Assembly: GCA_944389195.1 (NCBI GenBank)
Contig: CALXLM010000020.1
Location: 10,328 to 74,327 of the forward strand
Origin: an uncultured Opitutales bacterium
GTDB lineage: Bacteria > Verrucomicrobiota > Verrucomicrobiia > Opitutales > Intestinicryptomonadaceae
DNA length: 64,000 nucleotides
Reading direction: 5' to 3'
The notes beneath the pieces were generated by a model. It made no database searches, had not been told where the DNA came from, and was given only the letters and a program-made list of their open reading frames with translations. The position numbers and the translations under genes were made by a program. Shown one piece after another: positions 1 to 8,961 of the stretch (positions are counted from its first letter, which is position 1; every line of letters starts with the position of its first letter).

Positions 1-1059
1 TTTTAGGCTTTCCGCAACTATAAACGGGCGCGAAACCGTCGAAACGGAAACCGGAGCCCCCGGAAGCGGAGACAAACCTACGCCCGGCATGGCGATTTGA
101 GCGTCGATAAGCGCAAGCCCTATATTTGTTTTTAACGACGGGCTTTCCGAAACCGCAACCGCAACGCCTACCTCCCTCGCGCCATCAAACAAAGCGCAGC
201 CGACTTCCAACTTCCCGCTGGACATTATTCCCGTAAGGCGCCTCTTCAAGCCGGACTCCCTTTTCGAAAGAATCGCCTCCGATCCAGAAAACGACTCTTT
301 TTCAAAATCCGCCATCCACTGAAGTCCGAGCTCAAGCGGGCATCCCGCCCGAACGCCCTCCTTATAAACATTGAAAAAGTTGCCCTCCATTCTGGCGATT
401 TCATGGGCGCCGAATCCGCAAACGCGGCCGCCTACGCCGCCGAGAGCGGCTTCTATTTTTTCGCAAAGAGAATCCGCAACCTCAGACGGGGCGAGGAATT
501 GGTATCCAAATTCTCCCGTCCTTCCGTTCCGCATCAGAAAAACGCAGGCCCCTTCAAAATCGTACTTTTCCATTGAAAGGAAAGAAAGGTTCAAAATGTC
601 CGAACCGAAAACCTCACGAACGACTTTCCACGCCAGGGGACCATCGACGGAAAGCAGCACCCGCGAGCCTGAAAGATCCGCCGAAGCCCCCGCCGCAAGT
701 TCAAGCGCGGCCGAGCCGTCAATTTGCTCGGACACGGCCACTATTTTATCGTCTGCGTTTCCCACAAATACCTCCGCCACAATCCGGCCGGCCCTATTTG
801 CGAGAAACGTGTCTATTACTTTCCCGTACCTGAGTTTCAAAATGTTGGCGGCAAGCTTTGAATCCAAAAATTCCGCGCCGTCCGCCTCGTCAAACTCAAA
901 TACGCCGGAAAAAGAAAAATCGCAAAGCGCGGCTGTGTTGCGTATGGCAAAAAGCTCGCCCGCAACGTCCCCGAAACTTTCCACGCACTCCGCTCCGCAA
1001 AGCGATCCGAATTTCGCGCCCCGTGCCGCCCATCTGCTGCGTAATGTCAATTCGCGCAT
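1..1059 (-). CDS. GcvT/aminomethyltransferase-like folate-binding protein (3' end runs just off the window)
   Basis: Not in the ORF track. Manual minus-strand translation from ATG 1059 is open to base 1: MRELTLRSRW...AALCDFSFSG...RTGEFGYQF...ARMEGNF...PLELGLQWMADFEKESFSGSEAI...VSRPF, matching GcvT motifs. Start overlaps the stop of the upstream ACP. Confidence 0.8.
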   Translation of the reverse strand, partial: MRELTLRSRWAARGAKFGSLCGAECVESFGDVAGELFAIRNTAALCDFSFSGVFEFDEADGAEFLDSKLAANILKLRYGKVIDTFLANRAGRIVAEVFVGNADDKIVAVSEQIDGSAALELAAGASADLSGSRVLLSVDGPLAWKVVREVFGSDILNLSFLSMEKYDFEGACVFLMRNGRTGEFGYQFLAPSEVADSLCEKIEAALGGVGGRVCGFGAHEIARMEGNFFNVYKEGVRAGCPLELGLQWMADFEKESFSGSEAILSKRESGLKRRLTGIMSSGKLEVGCALFDGAREVGVAVAVSESPSLKTNIGLALIDAQIAMPGVGLSPLPGAPVSVSTVSRPFIVAESLK

Positions 1060-1337
1060 TGTTTGTCCTGTTGCTGAATGATATAGTCCACAAGTGTGTT
1101 GAGAGACCTTAGGGCATGCATGCCGTTTTGCGGCATCTTTACCGAAAAATTGTTTTCCACGCACAGCACGATTTCGAGAATATCGAGAGAATCGAGCCCG
1201 AGGCCCGATCCGATGAGAGGGATATCGTCAGATATGTCATCGGGTTTGTAGGGTATGTCGAGACTGCTTATGAGCCTCTCCTTCAACTTAAGGCAAATTT
1301 CCCTTCTTTTTTGAAGTCGGATAGTGTCGATTGGCAT
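1047..1337 (-). CDS. Acyl carrier protein
   Basis: GLGLDSLDILEIV phosphopantetheine motif; 96 aa from MPIDTIR (start trimmed from track ORF 1047-1487). Confidence 0.88.
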   Translation of the reverse strand: MPIDTIRLQKRREICLKLKERLISSLDIPYKPDDISDDIPLIGSGLGLDSLDILEIVLCVENNFSVKMPQNGMHALRSLNTLVDYIIQQQDKQCAN

Positions 1338-1442
1338 TTTATTCAAATATAATTGTAATGATTCTATATTCTTGCAAGATTTCAAAAGCGTAAAAAAATC
1401 GCATAGCACAATGTTATAAAAAAAGGAACTTTTCAAGCGCAA

Positions 1443-2162
1443 ATGAACGGCATAAAAATATGCGTCGCCATTCCGACCTACAACCATTCGGAACGCCTGC
1501 AGGAAATAATAGACACGCTTCCGCCCAAAATGTCCGCAATTGTGGTGGACGACGGGTCCTTTCCGCCCATATCGCTGAAACCGGGAAGCGCCGACATACT
1601 GCGGTTCGAAAAAAACGCAGGCAAGGCGGAAGCGCTAAAAGCCGCCTTCAGACTTGCCCAAAGCCGCGGATTTACCCACGCCATCACAATCGACGCCGAC
1701 GGGCAGCATCCGCCTTCCATGGTTCCCGATTTTGCCGCGGCAGCCGAAAAGTTTCCCGAATGCCTGATTCTCGGAGTGCGCGACTTCGACAATTCTGCGG
1801 CCCCCCCCGCAAGAAAATACATGAATAAATTTTCCAACTTTTGGTTTAGGGCCGAAACCGGAATAAAGCTGCGCGACACCCAGTGCGGATACAGATGCTA
1901 TCCGCTTGAACGCATTTCGCGCCTAAAACTGGATTTCGGCGGATTCGTATTCGAGGCCGAGCTGCTTGTAAAAGCCGCATGGGCGGGAATCGGCATCAGG
2001 GAAATTCCCATACCTGCCATATACGATAAGGCCTCGCTCGCGGGATCGCGCTATAAGCCCATCGCGGACACCGCAAAATTCGCCGCAATGAACGCGAAGC
2101 TGTTTTTTGCGTCTCTGCTTTTAACCCCGAAAAAGCTCAAGAAATCTGCCATAAAGGAATGA
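1443..2162 (+). CDS. Glycosyltransferase family 2
   Basis: IPTYN, VVDDGS, TIDADGQH and DTQCGYR motifs. Confidence 0.9.
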   Translation: MNGIKICVAIPTYNHSERLQEIIDTLPPKMSAIVVDDGSFPPISLKPGSADILRFEKNAGKAEALKAAFRLAQSRGFTHAITIDADGQHPPSMVPDFAAAAEKFPECLILGVRDFDNSAAPPARKYMNKFSNFWFRAETGIKLRDTQCGYRCYPLERISRLKLDFGGFVFEAELLVKAAWAGIGIREIPIPAIYDKASLAGSRYKPIADTAKFAAMNAKLFFASLLLTPKKLKKSAIKE

Positions 2163-4549
2163 ACTTTGCAGGGAAAGCCGTGGAATTTGTTTTCAAGCGC
2201 CGCAAGTCGGTTGCGGCAGCGGCTTTTTTGTTTTTATGCGCCGCGGCAGCGGCAATATGTTCGGCGGATTTTAACGCAAACGTTTACGATATCCTTCCGG
2301 TTTCCGACTCCACCCTGACGGCGCATATGAGAGTCTCAGAAAAGTTAAAGCAGTCGAATACTTTGTACTTTAACGTGTCGGGCGAAAATGCGGAAGCGGC
2401 GTGCGAAGCCCTCGCAAAGGAAGTGGGAAAACTGCCCGGAATTGCCTCTATATCCGGAAGTCCTGACGGATTCGACTACGCGTCGTTTATCAGCGGCGCC
2501 CTGACCGTGCTTCCTGAAATTTTTTCGCGCGACGACGAGATGGCCGCCAAGGAAAAGATCTCCTATGAAGCCTTGCGCGCCAGAATGGCGGATTTTAAGA
2601 GGAGGCTTTCCGGATTGGGCTCATACGGCGCCGCGGAAGCGCTCTCGAGCGACCCGCTTGGCCTGTCTTCAATTTTCTACGACAAATTGAAGGCCGCCTA
2701 CGGAGATTTCGAATCGTCCGCCTACGCCAGCGGGATAGTATCAGACAGTTCGGGAAAAAATTTTCTCGTCGCGGCCGAAGGCTCTTTCGATTCGTCCGAT
2801 TCCGATAAAAGCGCAGTGCTCATGCGGGCGGTGGACAAAGCCGTGGCGGGCATAACCAAAGAGTATCCCGGCGCAAAAATCTCCGTGGCCGGAGGCTACA
2901 GGATATCCGCCGAAAACGCCGCGATAGCCGCAAGGGATTCGGCATTGTGCCTAACAGCAACCGTCGCGTTCGTGGCGGCGCTGTGCTTTGTGGCGTTTTC
3001 GTCGCGCGTATTCGCGTCGATGGCGCTTCTGCCTCCGCTCTTCGGAACGGCGGCGGCGTTCTGCGCAATATCCGCCCTGTTCGGTTCGGTATCTACAATA
3101 GCGGTCGGATTCGCATCGGTGGCGGTAGGCGTCGGCATCGACTACGCCGTACACATATTGTACAGGCTCGACGGCGCCGGCAAAGCGGAGCTTGGCTTCG
3201 CCTCAAAAACGGCGTCCGAATTGGCGCTTCCCGTGGCGATAACGTCGGGAACGACCGCCATCGCCTTTGCGATTATAGGGCTGTACGGAAGTTCCGGATT
3301 TTCCCAGCTTGGGATTTTCGGAGCCGTGGGGGTTCTATTTTCGGCGGCAATAAGCGTGTTTGTCCTCCCGGCGGCGGCGGTGGGACTCGGCTCGAAAAAA
3401 CGGAAACAAAGGCCTTTCGACAAATTGGCGGGCGCCGTGGCGGCTTGCGCCAGCAGCCGCAGCGCCGCAGCCGCGGTTGCCGCTTTGTGCGCGCTATCGG
3501 TTCCGTTCGCATTGCAAGTAAGATTCAACGGAGATCTCTCGGCGCTCAGCGCCCTCGGCAAGCAGGCGAAAGCTGATGATGCCACGCTCAAAAACGTTTG
3601 GGGGGGCGCCCTATCCAAAACATTCGTATTTGTCGAAGCCGATACCCCAGACGGCGCAAAAGAGAAATGCGCAAAAATCGAAAGATGGCTTAAACAAAGG
3701 CGCGGCGCATCGGTTTGCCCTCTCTCTCCCCTGCTTCCAGACTCGAAGACGCTCCGCCAAAATTCCGAAAGATGGAAAAGTTTCTGGACCCGCGAGCGCA
3801 TCGAAGGCGCAAAAGAGGCGGCAGAAAAAGCTGCGCGCGACGAAGGCATAAATCCGGCGGCGCTGTCATTTAGAGCCCTCGAAATTCAGCCCGAAACGGT
3901 GCCGAAAGAAAAACGCATCGTTTCCGAAGCCTTAAAAAAGCGATTTTGGCAAGACGCCGGCGGGTCTGCCGCGGCGGTATTCGTAAAACTTGCCGACGGA
4001 ACGGATAAGCGCGCTTTTGCCGAAGACTTGGAAAAGTTCGACAGTTCCGCCCACTACATAGACGTAGGCTATCTTAGCGGGCACATCGCCTCGGAAACCT
4101 TTAAATGGCTTATTAAATTTGCGCTCGCCGCGTTCTGCGCTGCGGCGGCTTACATATGCGCGCTGACGCGCAGCGCCTCGGTGGCGGGGGCTGTTCTGGC
4201 GCCCGTGCTTATCGGCCTTTTATGGGCTTTCGGAATATTCGGGGCTTTCGGCGTGGAGATAAACGCCGTCAACGTCGTGTTTGTGATATTCGCCGTATGC
4301 ATAGCGCAGGACTACGCAGTCTTCATGATTTTTTCCAAATCCAAAGCCGAGGATAAATCGTCGTCCACAGCCGCCGTTCTCATATCGGCTATTACTACGG
4401 TTTTCGCGTTCGGAACGCTCGGCTTTGCGGAGCACCCCGTCTTAAGGAGCCTCGGGTTGTCCGCGTCTATATCGATATTTTCAATACTGTGCGCATGCCT
4501 TGCATTTTCGGGCGCGCCGGCAAGACGGACTGGAGGAGGCGTTGGATAA
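2159..4549 (+). CDS. MMPL/RND-family exporter (PKS-cluster associated)
   Basis: Two hydrophobic TM bundles with large soluble loops; GVGIDYAVH and IAQDYAVF motifs. Confidence 0.85.
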   Translation: MNFAGKAVEFVFKRRKSVAAAAFLFLCAAAAAICSADFNANVYDILPVSDSTLTAHMRVSEKLKQSNTLYFNVSGENAEAACEALAKEVGKLPGIASISGSPDGFDYASFISGALTVLPEIFSRDDEMAAKEKISYEALRARMADFKRRLSGLGSYGAAEALSSDPLGLSSIFYDKLKAAYGDFESSAYASGIVSDSSGKNFLVAAEGSFDSSDSDKSAVLMRAVDKAVAGITKEYPGAKISVAGGYRISAENAAIAARDSALCLTATVAFVAALCFVAFSSRVFASMALLPPLFGTAAAFCAISALFGSVSTIAVGFASVAVGVGIDYAVHILYRLDGAGKAELGFASKTASELALPVAITSGTTAIAFAIIGLYGSSGFSQLGIFGAVGVLFSAAISVFVLPAAAVGLGSKKRKQRPFDKLAGAVAACASSRSAAAAVAALCALSVPFALQVRFNGDLSALSALGKQAKADDATLKNVWGGALSKTFVFVEADTPDGAKEKCAKIERWLKQRRGASVCPLSPLLPDSKTLRQNSERWKSFWTRERIEGAKEAAEKAARDEGINPAALSFRALEIQPETVPKEKRIVSEALKKRFWQDAGGSAAAVFVKLADGTDKRAFAEDLEKFDSSAHYIDVGYLSGHIASETFKWLIKFALAAFCAAAAYICALTRSASVAGAVLAPVLIGLLWAFGIFGAFGVEINAVNVVFVIFAVCIAQDYAVFMIFSKSKAEDKSSSTAAVLISAITTVFAFGTLGFAEHPVLRSLGLSASISIFSILCACLAFSGAPARRTGGGVG

Positions 4550-5402
4550 GGCGCGCTGGACAGGAAAAAGCTACGGGGGATACTGGGGGAACTGGTGCTT
4601 TCTGCAGCTGTTAAAATTGGGCGCCCTGCCGGCTTACGGGCTCCTCCTGTTTGTGGCAGCATATTTTGTCGTGTTTAGAAGAAAGGCGTGCGAGGGAGGG
4701 GTTAAATTTCTTTCGAAAGTCGAGGGGCGCAAAATAGGCGCGATATCGCTTGAAACGTACAGGCTCGCGTTTTCATTTGGAGTCTGCCTGCTCGACAGGG
4801 CGATGGCGTTTTCGGGAAGCAAAAAAATAAAAATCGACGATGAATGCGAAAAAACCATAAAGCCGATTCTTGAAAGCGGGCGTGGAGCGGTGGTCGTGAC
4901 GGCGCATGTCGGCGGTTGGGAAATGGCGGGAGCCGAGCTTCTAAAATACGGCAGAAGGGTTTTTATGCCGGGAACCGACGGCGAGGATCCGCGCATACGG
5001 AAATTGTCGGAGTCGGCGCGAAAAACAAAAAAAATCAGCGTGAACGTTTCCGGCGGGGCACTGTCGAACATAGAGGCGTACTCCGTTTTAAAAGGCGGGG
5101 GGATAGTCGCCATGCACGCCGACAGATACGCGGGCGGAAGATTCGCAAGAGTAAAGTTTCTCGGGGAGGAAGTGGCGGCGCCGACCGCGGCGTATTGGCT
5201 TGCAAAAGCCGCGGGGGTTCCCGTCGTTCAAACGGTATGTTTCAGGGGAAAGCTGTTCCACTACTCAGCCCGCGCGTTCCCACCTATGGACGCCAACCTG
5301 AAAACGCCAAATGAATGCGCCTCAGAATTTATGTCCAACCTTGAAAGCGCAATAAAAGCGCACAAATACCAATGGTTTAATTTTTATGATTTCTGGAAAT
5401 GA
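4542..5402 (+). CDS. Lysophospholipid/lipid A-type acyltransferase
   Basis: N-terminal WTGKSYGG, AHVGGWE (HxxxxE), MHADR, WFNFYDFW C-terminus; likely TTG start 4542 after a GGAGG RBS. Confidence 0.85.
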   Translation: MDKARWTGKSYGGYWGNWCFLQLLKLGALPAYGLLLFVAAYFVVFRRKACEGGVKFLSKVEGRKIGAISLETYRLAFSFGVCLLDRAMAFSGSKKIKIDDECEKTIKPILESGRGAVVVTAHVGGWEMAGAELLKYGRRVFMPGTDGEDPRIRKLSESARKTKKISVNVSGGALSNIEAYSVLKGGGIVAMHADRYAGGRFARVKFLGEEVAAPTAAYWLAKAAGVPVVQTVCFRGKLFHYSARAFPPMDANLKTPNECASEFMSNLESAIKAHKYQWFNFYDFWK

Positions 5403-5458
5403 ATTATGCTTGCGCGAACATGCACCGCTGGTAGGCTGAAATAAAACAATTTTTTTTA

Positions 5459-5722
5459 ATGGATAAAGAAACGCTTACAGCAGATCTCAAACGCAAAATA
5501 ATCTCCGCGCTCAACCTGCCCGAAGTATCGCCCTCGGATATCGCCGACGACACCGAGCTGTTCGGGGAATCCGGGCTCGGTCTCGACTCCGTGGACGCTC
5601 TCGAACTTGTCGTGATGGTGGAGCGCGAGTACGGAGTCGTCATAAGCGAAAGCTCCGACGCAAAAAAGATTTTTGCGTCTGTCGGAACACTTGCCGACTA
5701 TTTGATATCAAACCGGAAATGA
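5459..5722 (+). CDS. Acyl carrier protein
   Basis: GLGLDSVDALEL motif, 87 aa, acidic. Confidence 0.92.
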   Translation: MDKETLTADLKRKIISALNLPEVSPSDIADDTELFGESGLGLDSVDALELVVMVEREYGVVISESSDAKKIFASVGTLADYLISNRK

Positions 5723-7836
5723 GCCGCGCGCCCGCAATAGTTTCGGCGGGCCTGTGTTCGTGCGCGGGCGCGTCGGTCGAATCTGCATGGAACGCAGTCG
5801 CATGCGGGACCGACACGCTCGAGAGGGTCCGCCTTTTCGAAAGCCCCAAACATTCGGAAAGGTTCGCGGGATTCGCAAAAATAGCGGCTCTCCCAAGGGG
5901 AATGTCAAGATGCGCCGCCATGATGTTTTCGGCCATAGACGAAGCCGCGCGCGGTTTCGATTTGTCGGCCATAAAAGGCGACAGGATAAGCGTCTATGTC
6001 GGAACGAGCATAGGGGGGATTTTCGAGACGGAAAACATGCTCGAAAGAAACGCCTCCACCGGAATCGAAAAGCTGTCGGAACTGGCGTGCTACGAATGTT
6101 CCACCCTGTCCGAACTTGCGGCAAAAAGGACTGGCGCTTTGGGCGAATGCGCGGCTTTTTCAACCGCCTGCTCAAGTTCGTCAATCGCCATTGCCGAGGC
6201 GTGCAACGCAATCGAACAGGGACGTTGCGACGCCGCCGTGGTGTGCGGTGTAGACGCGCTTTCGCGCATTACACTGAACGGTTTCGGATCCCTTCTTTTG
6301 CTTTCCCGAGGAAAATGCGCGCCATTCGACAAAAACCGCGACGGCATAAATTTGGGGGAGGCCGCGGGCGCCCTGTTTCTGTGCGCGGAGAGCAAACTCG
6401 GCAAAGCAAAGCCGCTCGCATACATAACAGGCTGGGCGCGCACCTGCGACGCTCACCATGCAACGTCTCCCGACCCGGACGGCAAAGACGCCGCCCGCGC
6501 GATAAGGGAGGCGCTTTCGATGGCCTCGGTGCCGGCAGAATCGGTATCATACTACAACGCCCACGGAACCGCCACAACGGGAAACGACAGCGCGGAGGCT
6601 GCGGCGCTGCGCGCAGTGTTCGGACAAAATATCCCCCCCGTATCGTCAATAAAAAGGATTTTCGGGCATACGCTCGGGGCGAGCGGAATTGTGAACGCCA
6701 TAATCTCCTTGGAATCGGAGCGCAGGTCAATTCTGCCTCCAAATGCCGGCTTTAAAACGTTCGACGAATCTCTCGGGATAGAGCCCGTCACATGCCCGAA
6801 GGGGGCAAAAATAGAAAACTCCATTTCCGTATCGCTGGGATTCGGAGGGAACAACGGAGCAATCGTTATTTCCCGCGGCCATGCCAAATGCAAGGCGCCG
6901 CCGAGAAACGCAAGAACATTTATCTACGGATGCGGAATAGTCGGGCGCGGAGGAACGGTTGACGATTCCCATCTCATGCCCGACGAACCCCCGCTAAAAA
7001 AGCGCAAATTGGCGCACCTGCAAAAAATGGGCGCCCATGCCGCCCGCGCCGCAATAAAAATGGCGCAGCCCGACGCGGAAAAGGAGCGCACAGCGGTATG
7101 TTGGGGAACGGGGCTTGGAATGACGGCTCAAACCCGCATGTTTGTCGAAAACATATTTGCCAAGCGCGAGGCCGAACCTATGCCTACGGCTTTTACGAAC
7201 TCCGTGCACAACGCCGTGCCGTCGGCCATAGCCATACGGGAGGGATTTAGGGGGCTGAACAGCGCGGTGTCCGCAAAAGAGATATCTTTCGAATGCGCCT
7301 TGGCGCAGGCTGTAAGGGAAATAAATTCCGGTGCGGCGGACGCGGCTGTCGTTTGCGCCGGCGACGAATACTGCCAACTTGCGGCCGATTTCCTCAAAAC
7401 CTCGAAGTATTCCGAAAACGACGGCTCAAAGTTGTCGGACTTTGCCGCGGCATATTTCATCGGGATTGACGGGGCTGCAAAATCAAAGCCTATTGCGGAA
7501 ATTTTGGACGTGGAAATATGCAGGCTTCCCGAAAGCGACGCCGTGGAGTTTAAGGCTATTTCAAATATGCTTGCATCAAACGGGCTGGCGGCCTCCGACG
7601 TGTCAAAATGGCTGTCTCTTAAGCCTTGCAACGCCTACCAGCGCAGGCGCCTCAAATCGCTTGCGGATTCATTGGGAATCGAACGCTTCGAACATGCGGC
7701 GGAAAAATACGGAGACAACTATTGCGCATCGGCGGCCTGCATGTTCGAATACGCCGAATACAGCGGTAAAATCTGCCTTCAATATTCGGTTTCGTCCACA
7801 TCGATGCGCGCCGCAACCCTGTTTAAAATACTATGA
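5719..7836 (+). CDS. Beta-ketoacyl synthase fused to a chain-length-factor-like domain
   Basis: Active KS triad TACSSS / NAHGTAT / GHTLGA, then a C-terminal KS-like half with PTAFTNSVHNA and no catalytic triad. Confidence 0.85.
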   Translation: MSRAPAIVSAGLCSCAGASVESAWNAVACGTDTLERVRLFESPKHSERFAGFAKIAALPRGMSRCAAMMFSAIDEAARGFDLSAIKGDRISVYVGTSIGGIFETENMLERNASTGIEKLSELACYECSTLSELAAKRTGALGECAAFSTACSSSSIAIAEACNAIEQGRCDAAVVCGVDALSRITLNGFGSLLLLSRGKCAPFDKNRDGINLGEAAGALFLCAESKLGKAKPLAYITGWARTCDAHHATSPDPDGKDAARAIREALSMASVPAESVSYYNAHGTATTGNDSAEAAALRAVFGQNIPPVSSIKRIFGHTLGASGIVNAIISLESERRSILPPNAGFKTFDESLGIEPVTCPKGAKIENSISVSLGFGGNNGAIVISRGHAKCKAPPRNARTFIYGCGIVGRGGTVDDSHLMPDEPPLKKRKLAHLQKMGAHAARAAIKMAQPDAEKERTAVCWGTGLGMTAQTRMFVENIFAKREAEPMPTAFTNSVHNAVPSAIAIREGFRGLNSAVSAKEISFECALAQAVREINSGAADAAVVCAGDEYCQLAADFLKTSKYSENDGSKLSDFAAAYFIGIDGAAKSKPIAEILDVEICRLPESDAVEFKAISNMLASNGLAASDVSKWLSLKPCNAYQRRRLKSLADSLGIERFEHAAEKYGDNYCASAACMFEYAEYSGKICLQYSVSSTSMRAATLFKIL

Positions 7837-8402
7837 AAACTTTTATCTTGCTTTTGGCTGCCGCATCGGTCCAGGCGTTATATGCCGACTCATTTCTGAT
7901 TGAAATGGAAAAAATAAAATCCGTTTCGATATTGACAGAACCTGTCAGGGGAAAATGCGCACTGGCCGCGGACTCAGAAGGCAGGGCGCGTTGGCAGATA
8001 TTCTCTCCGTACGAATCAATAACCATTTCGAACGAACGCGGGCTCTTCCAATTCGAAAAAAACGCCGGCGAATGGAAAACCATAAAAAATCCTTTCGCGG
8101 ATAAAATCAAAAAAGTAATAGGCGACATAAAAAACATAGTCTCGGGCAAATTCTCGAATGAATACGAGGTAGAGAGATCCGGCAATTCGGCGACGCTGCT
8201 GCCCAAAGACCCTGCGGCAAGAAAATTTATATCGAAAATAACCGTAAAATTCGCCGGCGGCTCGGACATTCCAGAATCGATAGAAATCGAAGAGGCCGGA
8301 GGCGACAAAACAGTCCTTAAAACGCTCCGCGCGCAAAAAGACCCGGCAGGCTTGTCTGACGCATTCGACGAAAAAAATTTCCTAAAATTCCCTCCCAAAT
8401 GA
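7833..8402 (+). CDS. LolA-like outer-membrane lipoprotein carrier protein
   Basis: Signal peptide, RWQIFSPYESITI, TLLPK, IEIEEAGGDKT; typical position in APE-type clusters. Confidence 0.7.
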   Translation: MKTFILLLAAASVQALYADSFLIEMEKIKSVSILTEPVRGKCALAADSEGRARWQIFSPYESITISNERGLFQFEKNAGEWKTIKNPFADKIKKVIGDIKNIVSGKFSNEYEVERSGNSATLLPKDPAARKFISKITVKFAGGSDIPESIEIEEAGGDKTVLKTLRAQKDPAGLSDAFDEKNFLKFPPK

Positions 8403-8932
8403 AAAGAAAAATCGCATTGGCAGCCGCAATATTGTTCGCCGCCGCGCTTTCGCTGGCGCTTCCGGACGGCGGATACGCGCTGCGCGGAAAATCGTACATG
8501 CAGAGGGGCGTGCTCAGCGCGGGCGGCGCGGACATGCCAATAACCGTTTATGTGCTGAGCGGCGATTCCTCCATAAGCATGGCAATCGAAGGCGAAGCGG
8601 GAGTCCTCGCAAAAGTTGCCGTCTCCCCGCTGGACGGCAGGGAGCTCTCGTGTTCAGGAAGCACCGCGCTCCCAGAAAAAATCGTTAGAAAATTTGCCCT
8701 GCGAGATCTGAGGGCTGCCATGGGACTCGGAGGATTTGAAAACGCGGAGGCAGTCTTTGTGGAAAAATACGGTGGACGCACAATATCGGCTTCATCGGAC
8801 GAATACAAAATTGAATTTTCAGAGTACAAAAAAATCGGAGAAACGGAAATCCCCACAAGGCTGAAAATATCGTGTGAAAGCTATTCGCTCTCGCTCGATT
8901 TTATTTCCCCGCTGAATGCGGGGAAAAAATAA
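8399..8932 (+). CDS. Secreted hypothetical protein (LolB/DUF3261-like by position)
   Basis: Signal peptide, beta-rich, translationally coupled after the LolA-like gene. Confidence 0.45.
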   Translation: MKRKIALAAAILFAAALSLALPDGGYALRGKSYMQRGVLSAGGADMPITVYVLSGDSSISMAIEGEAGVLAKVAVSPLDGRELSCSGSTALPEKIVRKFALRDLRAAMGLGGFENAEAVFVEKYGGRTISASSDEYKIEFSEYKKIGETEIPTRLKISCESYSLSLDFISPLNAGKK

Positions 8933-8961
8933 ATCCGCCCCGTTTACCCCCTGCTTATTTT

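Noticed and set aside
371-1081. 236-aa plus-strand ORF
   Set aside because: Ser/Ala-rich shadow of the real minus-strand GcvT-like gene.
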